Of a DNA stretch of 39,997 nucleotides, positions 1 through 9,008 are shown in pieces (the stretch's first letter is position 1; the number at the start of each line of letters is the position of its first letter). The notes below the pieces were generated by a model. It ran no database searches and had not been told where the DNA came from. It saw only the letters and a list, made by a program, of their open reading frames with translations. Both the position numbers and the translations under genes were made by a program. The stretch lies in IMG/VR virus record IMGVR_UViG_3300045988_132245, one strand, 5' to 3'. The stretch is from a virus.

Positions 1-119
1 ATTGTTCCAGTCGCGGCCGAACTGGGTTTTGAACTGGCCGAACGTCCACATGGTCGCGTAGCCGCCGCTACCGGCATCCTTATAGACGCCACTGCCCGTA
101 TAGAGATGCAGCGGCGGGG
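1..119. repeat. Left copy of the 119-bp terminal direct repeat (circular-contig overlap)
   Basis: Base-for-base identical to 39879-39997 by direct comparison. Confidence 0.95.
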
Positions 120-624
120 TTAGCGAATCCCACACGTCCTTCATTGGTTTCAGCACGTTGAAGAGCGGGACGAGGGTGCCGACGGTGATGCCGTTGAGCG
201 AGATCCGGTAGAGGGGCATGTCGTGGGTTGCGACGCCGTCGAGGATCGAGCCCGTATTGTGGGCTGGATCGGCTGGCGTGCCGGTGGTTGGCGTGCCTTT
301 GATGACGACGAGCTGGCAGGTTTCCACTCCGCTGGTGGTGTTCTTCGAGTAGCGGAGCACGGCGATGTCGTTGCGTTTCTGGCCTTGGGTGCCGGATTGC
401 ACGGTGGCGGTGGTGGTGCCGGTCAGGTGCACATGGCGGCCGTTCAATACGGCGTCGCCTGATTGGACGGCGATGGTGTTCGCGTTGCTCATGGTGGCCT
501 TGAGCTGATTACCGGTCGTGAGCGCGTAGTCGCCGGGGCCGACGATGCCGGCCTGGAATGCGCCGATGTCGTCGCTGCCGATGTGTGGGGTGCCGGCGAA
601 GCCGGTGATGAGTTCGACTGTCAT
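1..624 (-). CDS. Tail fibre / receptor-binding protein: constant N-terminal part (624-132) plus the start of the currently fused variable cassette; partial at the window edge
   Basis: ATG at 624 with AAGGAAA upstream. Open for 208 codons to the left edge (MTVELITGFAGTPHIGSDD...KDVWDSLTPPLHLYTGSG...GRDWNN). Absent from the ORF track because it has no stop in the window. Continues in frame into 39878-39720 via the terminal overlap (260 aa total). It is the last gene of the tail module. Confidence 0.75.
   Translation of the reverse strand, partial: MTVELITGFAGTPHIGSDDIGAFQAGIVGPGDYALTTGNQLKATMSNANTIAVQSGDAVLNGRHVHLTGTTTATVQSGTQGQKRNDIAVLRYSKNTTSGVETCQLVVIKGTPTTGTPADPAHNTGSILDGVATHDMPLYRISLNGITVGTLVPLFNVLKPMKDVWDSLTPPLHLYTGSGVYKDAGSGGYATMWTFGQFKTQFGRDWNN
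116..131 (-). other. Recombination site copy a (GGGATTCGCTAACCCC on the minus strand) inside the fibre gene
   Basis: Same 15-16 bp sequence as 38801-38815 (opposite orientation) and 39705-39720 (same orientation). It encodes W-D-S-L-T-P at the constant/variable boundary. Confidence 0.75.
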
Positions 625-634
625 GATCGTTTCC

Positions 635-841
635 TTATCCGATGCGTTGCCAGAGGAATCCACGGCCCATGATGTTGGGGAGTTTCTTCCAGCCGGTGTT
701 GTAGGTGGGTGGCGTGCTGTCGCTGTTGGTTTCGAGGACCGTGCCGATGGGCCAGGCTTTGTCGAAGATCTGTTCGGTTGAGGCTTGTGGGCCTGCGGGC
801 CCTTGCGGGCCTCGCAGGTTGGTTTTCTTGACGTATGCCAT
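635..841 (-). CDS. Short collagen-like fibre-associated protein (68 aa)
   Basis: ATG at 841 (the track ORF starts at an upstream GTG at 844). The N-terminus MAYVKKTNLRGPQGPAGPQ duplicates the N-terminus of 854-1504. The C-terminus PIGTV..GW..WQRIG resembles the C-terminus of 3849-5420. Confidence 0.55.
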   Translation of the reverse strand: MAYVKKTNLRGPQGPAGPQASTEQIFDKAWPIGTVLETNSDSTPPTYNTGWKKLPNIMGRGFLWQRIG

Positions 842-853
842 CACAGGTGGCCT

Positions 854-1504
854 TTATTCGAAGATGTAGAGGTCGCCGTTGGATTGGATGTACATGTCTC
901 CGGCCTTGCCGGTGGCGCCGGCTGCCGGTGCGCTGGTACCGTAGGTGATGGTGTTGCCGTCCGCGCCCTTCGCGCCGGTGGCACCCTTCTCGCCTTGCGG
1001 CCCTGCCGGGCCGGTGGCGCCGGTGGGGCCTGCAGGTCCGGCAGGGCCGGTTTCACCCTTCGCGCCAGCCGCGCCGGTGGCACCTTTCACGCCCTGTGGA
1101 CCCTGTGGGCCGGTGTCGCCTTTCGCGCCGGTGGCACCCTTCTCGCCTTGCGCGCCGGTTTCACCCTTCGGACCCTGTGGTCCCTGCGGACCCGTCATGC
1201 CGGTGGCGCCGGACAGATCGGTGATGTACGTGTATCCCTTGGCTCCCTTGACGTAGAGCTTCGCATTGTCCGCGTCGTTCACGTTGCCGGTGTCGATCAT
1301 GACGAACTGGCCGTTGAGCACTCCGTCGGTGGCGTAGCCGGCGTTCATTTCGGCCACGGACTTGTAGGTTTTCGCGATGGCGAACGCGTCACCCTTCGCG
1401 CCCTGCGGACCCTGAGGTCCCCGAGGGCCCTGCGGACCGGTGGCACCCTTCGGACCCTGAGGTCCCTGCGGGCCGGTGAGGTTGAGTTTCTTCACATATG
1501 CCAT
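854..1504 (-). CDS. Collagen-like repeat tail fibre protein (216 aa)
   Basis: ATG at 1504 preceded by TAAGGAG. Three blocks of G-X-Y repeats (GPQGPQGPKGATGPQGPRGPQGPQGAKG and others). The central module KGDAFAIAKTYKSVAEMNA..VNDADNAKLYVK..ITDLSGATG is shared with 1569-2408. Confidence 0.8.
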   Translation of the reverse strand: MAYVKKLNLTGPQGPQGPKGATGPQGPRGPQGPQGAKGDAFAIAKTYKSVAEMNAGYATDGVLNGQFVMIDTGNVNDADNAKLYVKGAKGYTYITDLSGATGMTGPQGPQGPKGETGAQGEKGATGAKGDTGPQGPQGVKGATGAAGAKGETGPAGPAGPTGATGPAGPQGEKGATGAKGADGNTITYGTSAPAAGATGKAGDMYIQSNGDLYIFE

Positions 1505-1568
1505 GATGATGCTCCTTACTGCTGGTTGGTTATGGCATTGACTGACTGGGTTTTGAGGGATGCGGGGT

Positions 1569-2408
1569 TTACTGGTCCTGCACCTGGTAGAAATCACCGT
1601 TCGCCTGGTTGATGTACACGTCGCCGGCGAGCGCGTCGGCCGGTGGTTCTCCGGGGTCTCCGTCGCCTACGGTGATGCGGTTGCCGCGTTGGCCGGTTTC
1701 GCCTTTGGCTCCTGGAGTGCCGTTGGCACCCTTCTCGCCTTGCTCACCGGATTCACCCTTCGGGCCTTGGATGCCTTGCGGGCCTGCCGGGCCTTGGATG
1801 CCTTGCGCGCCGGAGAGGTCGGTGACGAACGCGTATTGGGTGTCGTTCTTGACGAACATTTTCGCGTTGTCCGCATCGTTCACGTCGGTGGTGCTGATGA
1901 CGACGAACGAGCCGATCGGAATGTCCGCGTTCCTGTAGTCGGCATTCATTTCGGCGACGCTGGCGTAGGTTTTGGCGATGGTGAACGCGTCGCCCTTCGG
2001 GCCTTGTGGGCCTGCGGGACCCTGCGCACCGGGTTCACCCTTGTCGCCTTTGGCTCCCTTGAAGCCGAGCGTGCCGCCGCCATCCGCGGTCAATGCGGCG
2101 GAAGGGGTGACGGTGGTGCCGTCCACCTTCGCCACGGTGTAGAAGGCGCCGTTGGCGTCCACGATCAGATCGCCGGCAGAGACCGTGCTCGGGGTGAGCT
2201 TCGAGGAATCGAACGCGGTGTTTGAGCCGATGTTGATGTTGGCCACGTGGAACGTGCCCGCACTGGTGCCGCCTCCTGCGGGAATGATGTCGCCGGCCTT
2301 CAAGGCGTCGATGAGGCTTTTCTTGTTGTATTCGACGTCCACGGCGTCAACGAGATAGAAGTTGCCGTCGTTCTTCTGCTTGATCTTGTCGATGAGCTGG
2401 ATGGACAT
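1569..2408 (-). CDS. Collagen-like repeat tail fibre protein (279 aa)
   Basis: Two G-X-Y blocks (GFKGAKGDKGEPGAQGPAGPQGPKG; GAQGIQGPAGPQGIQGPKGESGEQGEKGANGTPGAKGETGQRG). It shares an internal module with its paralogue 854-1504. Confidence 0.8.
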   Translation of the reverse strand: MSIQLIDKIKQKNDGNFYLVDAVDVEYNKKSLIDALKAGDIIPAGGGTSAGTFHVANINIGSNTAFDSSKLTPSTVSAGDLIVDANGAFYTVAKVDGTTVTPSAALTADGGGTLGFKGAKGDKGEPGAQGPAGPQGPKGDAFTIAKTYASVAEMNADYRNADIPIGSFVVISTTDVNDADNAKMFVKNDTQYAFVTDLSGAQGIQGPAGPQGIQGPKGESGEQGEKGANGTPGAKGETGQRGNRITVGDGDPGEPPADALAGDVYINQANGDFYQVQDQ

Positions 2409-2424
2409 GATGATTCTCCTCCTC

Positions 2425-3147
2425 TCAGGCCGCGTTCACGGTGGTGTTGCCGAGGCCCGCGTTGGTTGACTGCCACACGTCATACGAGACGGTGGCTCCG
2501 GACGCGTTCGTGTGGTCGAACGTCTTCACGAGATTGAAACCGCCTTCGAAGCCGCCGACCTTGAACGTCGGCGTGCCGAACGAATGTGGGATCGCATACC
2601 AGATGTACTGGCCTGCGGCCGCGTTCACGGTGAACGTCTTCGCCTTCGAATCACCCAGCTCCGAGCCGGCCAATGCGAGCAGGAACGTGCTGTCGACGCC
2701 ATCTGCCGGGTTTCCGCCCACACCCCAGTAGCGCTTGTAGTGGAAGAGGACGCTGGTGGTTTTCGATGCCTTGGAGCCTCGCGCGTCGGTGACGGCGAGC
2801 GTGTAGGTCTTGTTGGCCTTGAGTGCCTGTTTGGTGAGTGGTTGGCTGGTGGGGAATTGGCCGTCCTCGCCCTTCACGATTTCCTGACCGTCCAATGTGA
2901 GCGTGGCCGGGGTCTTGTTGAGCTTCCATGCGAGGTTCACGGTGTCCACGGTCTCACCGATCTCATGGTCGCTGCCGCCGGTGAAACTCATGACGCTCAT
3001 CGGCGTGTACAGGCTCAGGGTGCCGTCCGCCGTGATGTCGAAATCGCCTGACGGCTTGACCACGCCCGCCTTCTCGCTGGTGGCCACGTCGGCTCCCGCT
3101 CCAGCGGGGCCGCGCAGCGAACCCATTTTCTTCCATGCGTTAGCCAT
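2425..3147 (-). CDS. Minor tail / fibre-associated structural protein (240 aa)
   Basis: ATG at 3147 (MANAWKKMGSLRGPAGAG...). Beta-rich composition. Sits in the tail-tip module. The track ORF starts 18 nt upstream. Confidence 0.7.
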   Translation of the reverse strand: MANAWKKMGSLRGPAGAGADVATSEKAGVVKPSGDFDITADGTLSLYTPMSVMSFTGGSDHEIGETVDTVNLAWKLNKTPATLTLDGQEIVKGEDGQFPTSQPLTKQALKANKTYTLAVTDARGSKASKTTSVLFHYKRYWGVGGNPADGVDSTFLLALAGSELGDSKAKTFTVNAAAGQYIWYAIPHSFGTPTFKVGGFEGGFNLVKTFDHTNASGATVSYDVWQSTNAGLGNTTVNAA

Positions 3148-3454
3148 GATTGCTCTCCTTATCATTGGTTTCCTCGGAGCCGTCCGGTTCCGACGTGTAT
3201 TCCCACAGATCGCCGTTGTCGGCGTTCAGATAGCCGTCCCCCTCACGGGCCGTGAGCTGGCTGGTGGGGTCGCCGTGGCCGAGCGTGATGCCTTTGCCGT
3301 GCAATGAGTCGACCCATTCGGCCTCGGTGTCCTGGTAGCCGAGTCTGACGGCGGTCTCATAGGCGCTTTCGCCTTTCTGCCCTTCCATGACGATTGCGTC
3401 GTCGATGATGGTGACCAGGTCGTCGCAGTTGCAGCCGTTCAGCGTGCGGATCAT
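3140..3454 (-). CDS. Small tail fibre-associated protein (104 aa)
   Basis: ATGA overlap with the upstream gene. Contains the motif GQKGESAYETAVRLGYQDTEAEWVDSLHGKG, which is common in phage fibre proteins. Acidic C-terminus. Confidence 0.65.
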   Translation of the reverse strand: MIRTLNGCNCDDLVTIIDDAIVMEGQKGESAYETAVRLGYQDTEAEWVDSLHGKGITLGHGDPTSQLTAREGDGYLNADNGDLWEYTSEPDGSEETNDKESNHG

Positions 3455-3849
3455 GATTGGCTCCTTCCTGTGGTCATGCTGACGGTGGATTCGATGAGCG
3501 CGCTGCCTGCCGCCAGACGGGTCGTATCCCCGTTCGGCGCGGCCAATAGCAGATCCCATGCGGCACTGCCTTCGGGCAGGTCTCGGGTCGTGTCGGCGGG
3601 CACCGTGATCGTGATGCAGCCGTGTTCGTCCAATCGCACGTATGGCGTCAGGTCGAACACGATGAGCCTGTCGCGGCGTATCTGCATGATCGGAGTCCAT
3701 CCGGTCAGGTCCATCGGCCTTGCGACCGTGGCCCCCTGCCGGTCGGTGACCCTGCGCAGCCATCGCAACCGGTATGTGTTGGTGACGCCGGCCACGAGGA
3801 TGAGGTTCGCTTCGAGCAGGCAGCTACGCCCCAATGTGTTGCGTGTCAT
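3451..3849 (-). CDS. Minor tail protein (132 aa)
   Basis: ATG at 3849 overlaps the stop of 3849-5420. Position is between the Tal-like gene and the fibre genes. Confidence 0.6.
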   Translation of the reverse strand: MTRNTLGRSCLLEANLILVAGVTNTYRLRWLRRVTDRQGATVARPMDLTGWTPIMQIRRDRLIVFDLTPYVRLDEHGCITITVPADTTRDLPEGSAAWDLLLAAPNGDTTRLAAGSALIESTVSMTTGRSQS

Positions 3850-5420
3850 TACTTGATCCTTTCCCACATATGCGCGCCCAATGAGGGGCGCCGCTCCCAG
3901 GTGCCGCCGAAGTCGTCAGCGGGATTGTTGCCGGTGGTGTTCATGACCACGTAGCCGACCGGGAACAGGATTCCGTTGCCGGTCGATGTGGCGTGCGCGG
4001 TGATGACGCCATCCTCATTGACGGTGATGGTGCTGCCGTCAGGTCTGACTCCACCCAACGTGGCAATGGTGGCGGCCGGAAGCGCGTAGTTCTCCAATCC
4101 GTCGAGTTTCCGCTTGTCCGCGGCGCTCATGAGTCCGGATCCTTCGGCCGTGGCCTCCGTTGCCGTGATGTGCACGGCCTGGCCGTTCCTGCTCGCGGAC
4201 AATGGCGTGGCCGTGGTTATCGAAGCCACGTTCATGGCTGCCGCGGCGATGGCGGCGACGGAATCCTGCTGTGCCTTGCCGATTTCGGCCGAATAGTTCG
4301 AGGCGAGCGTGTATGCGTCCTTGGCTGTTTTCTCCACGTCGTCCACGCGCGAAGGGGTGACGACCGCGCTGAACGTGTTGTTGCGCATGGTGATGGTGAC
4401 CCCGTCCGCGTAGTACGCGCCGGAGCCGCCCGAACCGGTGGAGCCGTTGGATTCCGCCGAGCCGCTGAGACTCGTCGTATCGCCTGACGCGGTGCCGCAC
4501 TCGTAGTCCACGGACAGGATGCCGCCGGATGATTTCACGATCTTCTTGGCCACGGGCACGGTGAGCGTGATGCCGAGCCGGTTGTCACGGCCGGTGACCG
4601 TGTCGCCAACGTCCATGCTCAACGTGTTGTCCGTTATGGTGACCTCGACGCCGCCCTGTGATTGCAGTTCGATGAGCTTCTTCCTGGTTTCGGTGTTCAG
4701 CTCGTCGGGTTTCGCGTTGGAATAGTCGTAGACGGCCTGACGTTCCGCCAATCCGGTCAATGATTGGGTTTGGCTCACGTTGCCGTTGACATCCGCGTAC
4801 CAGTGGACGACCGCACGGTCTTTGAGTTCCCCGGTGCCCAATCCGATGAGATGGTTCACCGGCTGGCTATCGAGCGAGGCCTTGAATTCGAGCAGATCAC
4901 TGTCGATGCTGTCGCCGTAGTGTTCGGCGGGCAGTGCATACGCGTTCACACGCCCGTCTGCCCAGATGAGACGGAGTTTCGCATTGTTGGCGGCGAGCAT
5001 CTTCCGGATGCCCGTGTACGCGTCCGTATACCGGTCGAACGAATACGGGTTGATGGTGACCGCGTGCCGTGCTGACGCAGTGAACAGCGCATCCAATCCG
5101 ATGCGTTTGAACAACATGTTGAGCACATCGTTGGCAGCGCCGGAAACGGTGAGGTAATCCCGACCCGTATCGGGTTGGAGGATGCGGCGTGAGAGCAGGC
5201 CATGCCAGGTGGGGCCCTCCACACTGCCGTCCGTGTTGCGCACGGTCACCAACCCGCCGTATTCGGTGCCGTCGATCATGATCAGCGCGCCGGCCTCCGG
5301 CTGCGGCAGGCAGGTGAGTTTGAACGAATTCTCATCGCTGCCGTAGGCGAGATCGAGCGTGTAGTCGTCCACCGCGCGCAACGGCTTGTGCTTCGCGTCG
5401 GTGACTATGAGACTGACCAC
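3849..5420 (-). CDS. Tail-associated (Tal-like) baseplate/tip protein (523 aa)
   Basis: Follows the Dit-like gene. The size and N-terminus (MVSLIVTDAKHKPLRAVDDYTLDLAYGSDENSFKL) are typical of siphovirus tail-tip proteins. Confidence 0.75.
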   Translation of the reverse strand: MVSLIVTDAKHKPLRAVDDYTLDLAYGSDENSFKLTCLPQPEAGALIMIDGTEYGGLVTVRNTDGSVEGPTWHGLLSRRILQPDTGRDYLTVSGAANDVLNMLFKRIGLDALFTASARHAVTINPYSFDRYTDAYTGIRKMLAANNAKLRLIWADGRVNAYALPAEHYGDSIDSDLLEFKASLDSQPVNHLIGLGTGELKDRAVVHWYADVNGNVSQTQSLTGLAERQAVYDYSNAKPDELNTETRKKLIELQSQGGVEVTITDNTLSMDVGDTVTGRDNRLGITLTVPVAKKIVKSSGGILSVDYECGTASGDTTSLSGSAESNGSTGSGGSGAYYADGVTITMRNNTFSAVVTPSRVDDVEKTAKDAYTLASNYSAEIGKAQQDSVAAIAAAAMNVASITTATPLSASRNGQAVHITATEATAEGSGLMSAADKRKLDGLENYALPAATIATLGGVRPDGSTITVNEDGVITAHATSTGNGILFPVGYVVMNTTGNNPADDFGGTWERRPSLGAHMWERIK

Positions 5421-6253
5421 GGTGGTTCGCTCCTCTCCTCGACGGGCGTGAGCTCGAACGTGTAGCCTCCCGGCCAGCTCACTTCGGCGCGGCCCGCCGG
5501 CAACGGCTGGAAGACGTAGCTGCCGGAATCAAGGCCGGCACCGCGTTCCGCGTTCGCGAACCAGTTGACCCGGTCGCCGGCCGCGTTGACGAACGCCACC
5601 GAACGCTCGCCCTCTACCGCATCCACCTCGACGCGAGCGCCGCCGGGGATGTCACCGGTGATCCGGTACTGGTTGCCGCCGATCGTGACGGTCGGATTCG
5701 AGCAGGGCCCGTATATGGTCATGCGGAACGGCATCGGGTCCAACCCGTCCACGGCTATCACCGGTGGGGCGGATGGCGGCCCGTAATCGTAGTCCATGTC
5801 ATACGGGTGATCGAGATACTGGTAGGCGTCGGGGTCGCTGGGCGCATAGGTGACGGTCGGCAGGCTGCGTCGCCACATGCCCAATTGGGTCACGGTCAAT
5901 TGGGTTTCGATGATGCGCGGCGTGATGGATTGCGGTTCGCTTTTGGTGATGAGCGCCCTGCACTCCCACACGTCGTCCACGCGCAGCAGGCCCGATATCG
6001 TGGAGTCCCTGGAGTGCGCGAGCACGTCATGGTCGGTGAGCATGCGCAGCCGGTCCAATTGGGTTTCGCCGTCCACGGCCTTCACCGTAAGCGTGAGTTC
6101 ACGGGCCTGCCATGCCACCCCGGTAAGGGTGCGCGCGCCGAGCGTGTACGTCCACGCGCGTCCTCTCAACGATGGCATCGTCTCCCCGTAGATAGGGCCT
6201 TCGAACGAGATCTCGTCGCCGGTGGAGCCGCACACGTATTTAAGCGTTTGCAT
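5405..6253 (-). CDS. Distal tail protein (Dit-like, 282 aa)
   Basis: Lies immediately downstream of the tape measure gene and overlaps it by 14 nt. This is the conserved siphovirus gene order. Confidence 0.75.
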   Translation of the reverse strand: MQTLKYVCGSTGDEISFEGPIYGETMPSLRGRAWTYTLGARTLTGVAWQARELTLTVKAVDGETQLDRLRMLTDHDVLAHSRDSTISGLLRVDDVWECRALITKSEPQSITPRIIETQLTVTQLGMWRRSLPTVTYAPSDPDAYQYLDHPYDMDYDYGPPSAPPVIAVDGLDPMPFRMTIYGPCSNPTVTIGGNQYRITGDIPGGARVEVDAVEGERSVAFVNAAGDRVNWFANAERGAGLDSGSYVFQPLPAGRAEVSWPGGYTFELTPVEERSEPPWSVS

Positions 6254-8963
6254 ACTTGCGTACCAGCCTTCCCACTTCTCGTCCGTCGAGTTCGATGCCC
6301 AATGCCTGCAGCATGGTCGGGATGTCCGCGTGCAGGGCGACCAGTGCGGCGAGCAGCTGTTCCAGCAGGGCGGTCTGCGTGGCCGTCTGCCCCCTGTCGT
6401 CGCGCAGCATTCCCGTGCCGCCGGTGACGCCGCCGATGAGCGGCGAGCCGAACGAGTAGCCGTCGAGCGTGAGCCCGGCGGCTATCCTGTCGAGGCTGCG
6501 GTTGACGACGTCCTGGCTGCGGTCGATGCCCACGGCCATGCCGCGGCCGATCATCACGCCGACCTGGTCGCGGAACACGCGTGACGGCGAATGGATGCCG
6601 AGCTTGTCCTTGACCCAGTTCAGAGCGTCCTTGGCGGCACCGACCGCCGCGTCGACGAGCTTGCCGGCGGCGGATGTGACGCCGGAGGCGATGCCGGTGA
6701 TGATGTTCATGCCGACCTCGCCCCAGTTCACGCTTGTGAACCCGTTCCAGATGGAGCGCACGATGGCGGGGATCTTGCCGATCAGCTGCGGTATGGCGCT
6801 GGCCAGACCGTTGGCGAGGGTCACGAGGATCTTCACGCCCGTCTGCAGGATCTGTGGCAGGTTCGCGGCTATCGACTGCACGAGGTTGCCGATGATGGTG
6901 GGTGCCTGTGCGATGAGCTGCGGCAGCGCGTTCATCAAACCCTGCGCGAGGCCGAGCAGCAATTGCATGCCGCTGTTGAGCAGCTGGCCGGCGTTGGATG
7001 CCAATCCGTTGACGAGCGCCATGATCATGTCGAGAGCGGCCGGCAGCAGCGTGGGCAGTTGCGAGGCCAGCCCGTTGACCAACGTGGTGACGATGAGCAC
7101 GGCGGTGGTCATCAGCTGGGGTGCGTTCGTGCTGATCGCGTTCATCAGCGCGGTGAGGATGGCCGCGCCCTGGGCGAGCATGGCCGGCAGGCTGGCGGTG
7201 ATCTGCATGTTCAGCTGCTGCAGCAGTGTCGGCAGTTGCGCGGACAGCTGGCCTATCATCGCGAACAACTGCCCCTGCATGCTCTGGTCCAGCATGCCGA
7301 GGCCCGCGACCAATGCGGCGATGATGCCGGCGATGCCCATGTACTTCATGAAATTGCCGGGGCTGAAGAACGACCCGAACAGGGAGCCGAGCTTGGCGAG
7401 CCCCGTCTGGACCTTTGGGCCGACCATGTTGCCGATGCCGCCGAACACGTCGCCCAATCCTGAGACGATCGGCCCTGTGGCGGACTTCACCTTGCCGGCT
7501 ATCGACGACAGGCCGGACACGAGGCCGCTGTCCGACACCTTGGAGAACACGCCGGAGAATCCTCCGCCGACCTTGGCGCCCAGCGTCTTGATGTTCGAGT
7601 CGAGGGAGCTGGTGATCTTGCCGAACTCGACGCCCAGCCCGTTGGCCATGCCCGAGACGGACCGGCCGATGTCCGTGGACGCGAGCTTCGCCCCCAGTTG
7701 CTTGAGTGGGCCGGCGAGTCGTTCGCCGCCCTGCTGGACGCGGTTGACCGCGTTCGCGAACGGGTCGCCGTCCACGGCGAGCGCGGCGCGCAGGTCCTTG
7801 TTGAAATACGATTTGAACTGTTGCAGGCCAGACAGTCCTGATTGCAGTTGGCCGGGCAGTTGCTTCACGCCCGTGGTGAGTTTGTCGAATCCGCCGTCGC
7901 CGATTTTGCCGAGCGTGTCGAACACGTTGGTGATCTTGTCCACGTTGCCGCCGACCCCGGCGAACAACGTGAACGCTCCGGCCAATTGGCCGAGACTGCC
8001 GACGATGTCCTGAACGGTGATGCTGCCGTCCTGCAACCCCTGGCTGAATTGCTCGATGAGCTTGACGGCCCTGTCCACATACGGGGTGAGCTTGCCGTTC
8101 AACTGCTCCACGAATGGTGTGAGCTGGCTTGAGAGCGCGTCCACGGCCGGAATGGCCGCGTTGAACGTCTTGCGCAATGATTCGAGCGCGATCTTGCCGG
8201 GGCCTTCGCCCAATCGGCTGAGAGCGGCCTTCACGTTCGCCAATGCGCCGCTGAACGTGTCGCCGGCGGCCAATGCGGCTCCGCCGAGGCCTTCCTGCAT
8301 GGAGTCGGCGAATGTTTGGAAGTCGATCTGGCCTTTGGATACCATGTCGGAGACCTCTTCCGAGGTTTTGCCGAGGTGTTTGGCGAGCAGTTGGAGGACG
8401 GGTACGCCGGAGCTCATGAGTTGGAGCATGTCGTCGCCCTGCAGTTTGCCTCGGGCGGCGACGCTGCTGAAGATGGTGCCGATGTCGGTGAGGCTGCGGC
8501 CTGATATCTGTGCGGTGTCGGCGACGGTTTTGAGGACGTTGGTCATCTGGTCGCCGGATTTGATGCCGGCGGCGCTCAGGGTCGCGGCCACGGTGGCCGC
8601 GTCGCCCAGGCCGAACGCGGTGCCTTTGACGCTGGCGAGCGCGTTGTTCATGATTTCGGCGATGCTTTTGGAGTCGTGGCCGAGGCCCTTGAGTTTGGCC
8701 TGCGCGTTTTCGATGGCGAGGGCGCGTTGGAAGCCGCCTTTGGCGGCGAGTGCGGTGATGCCTCCGGCGATGGTGCCGATGGCGCCGAGTCCGATTTTGC
8801 CGATTTTGCCGAATGCGCCGCCGAATTTGCCGAGGATGCTGGTGCCGCCGGTCTTGGCGGCGTTGTCGGCGGCTTGGGTGATGTCGCCTTCGAGTTTCTT
8901 GCCGAAGTCCTTGCCGCTGGGGGCGACTTCGATGTAGACGACGCCGATGCTGCTTTCTGCCAT
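6240..8963 (-). CDS. Tape measure protein (907 aa)
   Basis: Longest gene. Gly/Ala/Leu-rich with repeated helical motifs (LVNGLASQLPTLL, LANGLASAIPQLI). Sits downstream of the frameshifted chaperone pair. Confidence 0.9.
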   Translation of the reverse strand: MAESSIGVVYIEVAPSGKDFGKKLEGDITQAADNAAKTGGTSILGKFGGAFGKIGKIGLGAIGTIAGGITALAAKGGFQRALAIENAQAKLKGLGHDSKSIAEIMNNALASVKGTAFGLGDAATVAATLSAAGIKSGDQMTNVLKTVADTAQISGRSLTDIGTIFSSVAARGKLQGDDMLQLMSSGVPVLQLLAKHLGKTSEEVSDMVSKGQIDFQTFADSMQEGLGGAALAAGDTFSGALANVKAALSRLGEGPGKIALESLRKTFNAAIPAVDALSSQLTPFVEQLNGKLTPYVDRAVKLIEQFSQGLQDGSITVQDIVGSLGQLAGAFTLFAGVGGNVDKITNVFDTLGKIGDGGFDKLTTGVKQLPGQLQSGLSGLQQFKSYFNKDLRAALAVDGDPFANAVNRVQQGGERLAGPLKQLGAKLASTDIGRSVSGMANGLGVEFGKITSSLDSNIKTLGAKVGGGFSGVFSKVSDSGLVSGLSSIAGKVKSATGPIVSGLGDVFGGIGNMVGPKVQTGLAKLGSLFGSFFSPGNFMKYMGIAGIIAALVAGLGMLDQSMQGQLFAMIGQLSAQLPTLLQQLNMQITASLPAMLAQGAAILTALMNAISTNAPQLMTTAVLIVTTLVNGLASQLPTLLPAALDMIMALVNGLASNAGQLLNSGMQLLLGLAQGLMNALPQLIAQAPTIIGNLVQSIAANLPQILQTGVKILVTLANGLASAIPQLIGKIPAIVRSIWNGFTSVNWGEVGMNIITGIASGVTSAAGKLVDAAVGAAKDALNWVKDKLGIHSPSRVFRDQVGVMIGRGMAVGIDRSQDVVNRSLDRIAAGLTLDGYSFGSPLIGGVTGGTGMLRDDRGQTATQTALLEQLLAALVALHADIPTMLQALGIELDGREVGRLVRKYANA

Positions 8964-9008
8964 CGGGGCTTCTCCTGTGTGGTTGGGAGGCCCCGATGGC
9001 GGTCGGGG

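Noticed and set aside
6469-8013. Long plus-strand ORFs antisense to structural genes (785-1612, 6469-8013, 8017-8937, 12612-13706, 17245-18351, 19180-20523, 25420-26748).
   Set aside because: They are antisense shadows typical of high-GC sequence. They lack SD sequences, have odd composition, and every one lies fully inside a better minus-strand gene.
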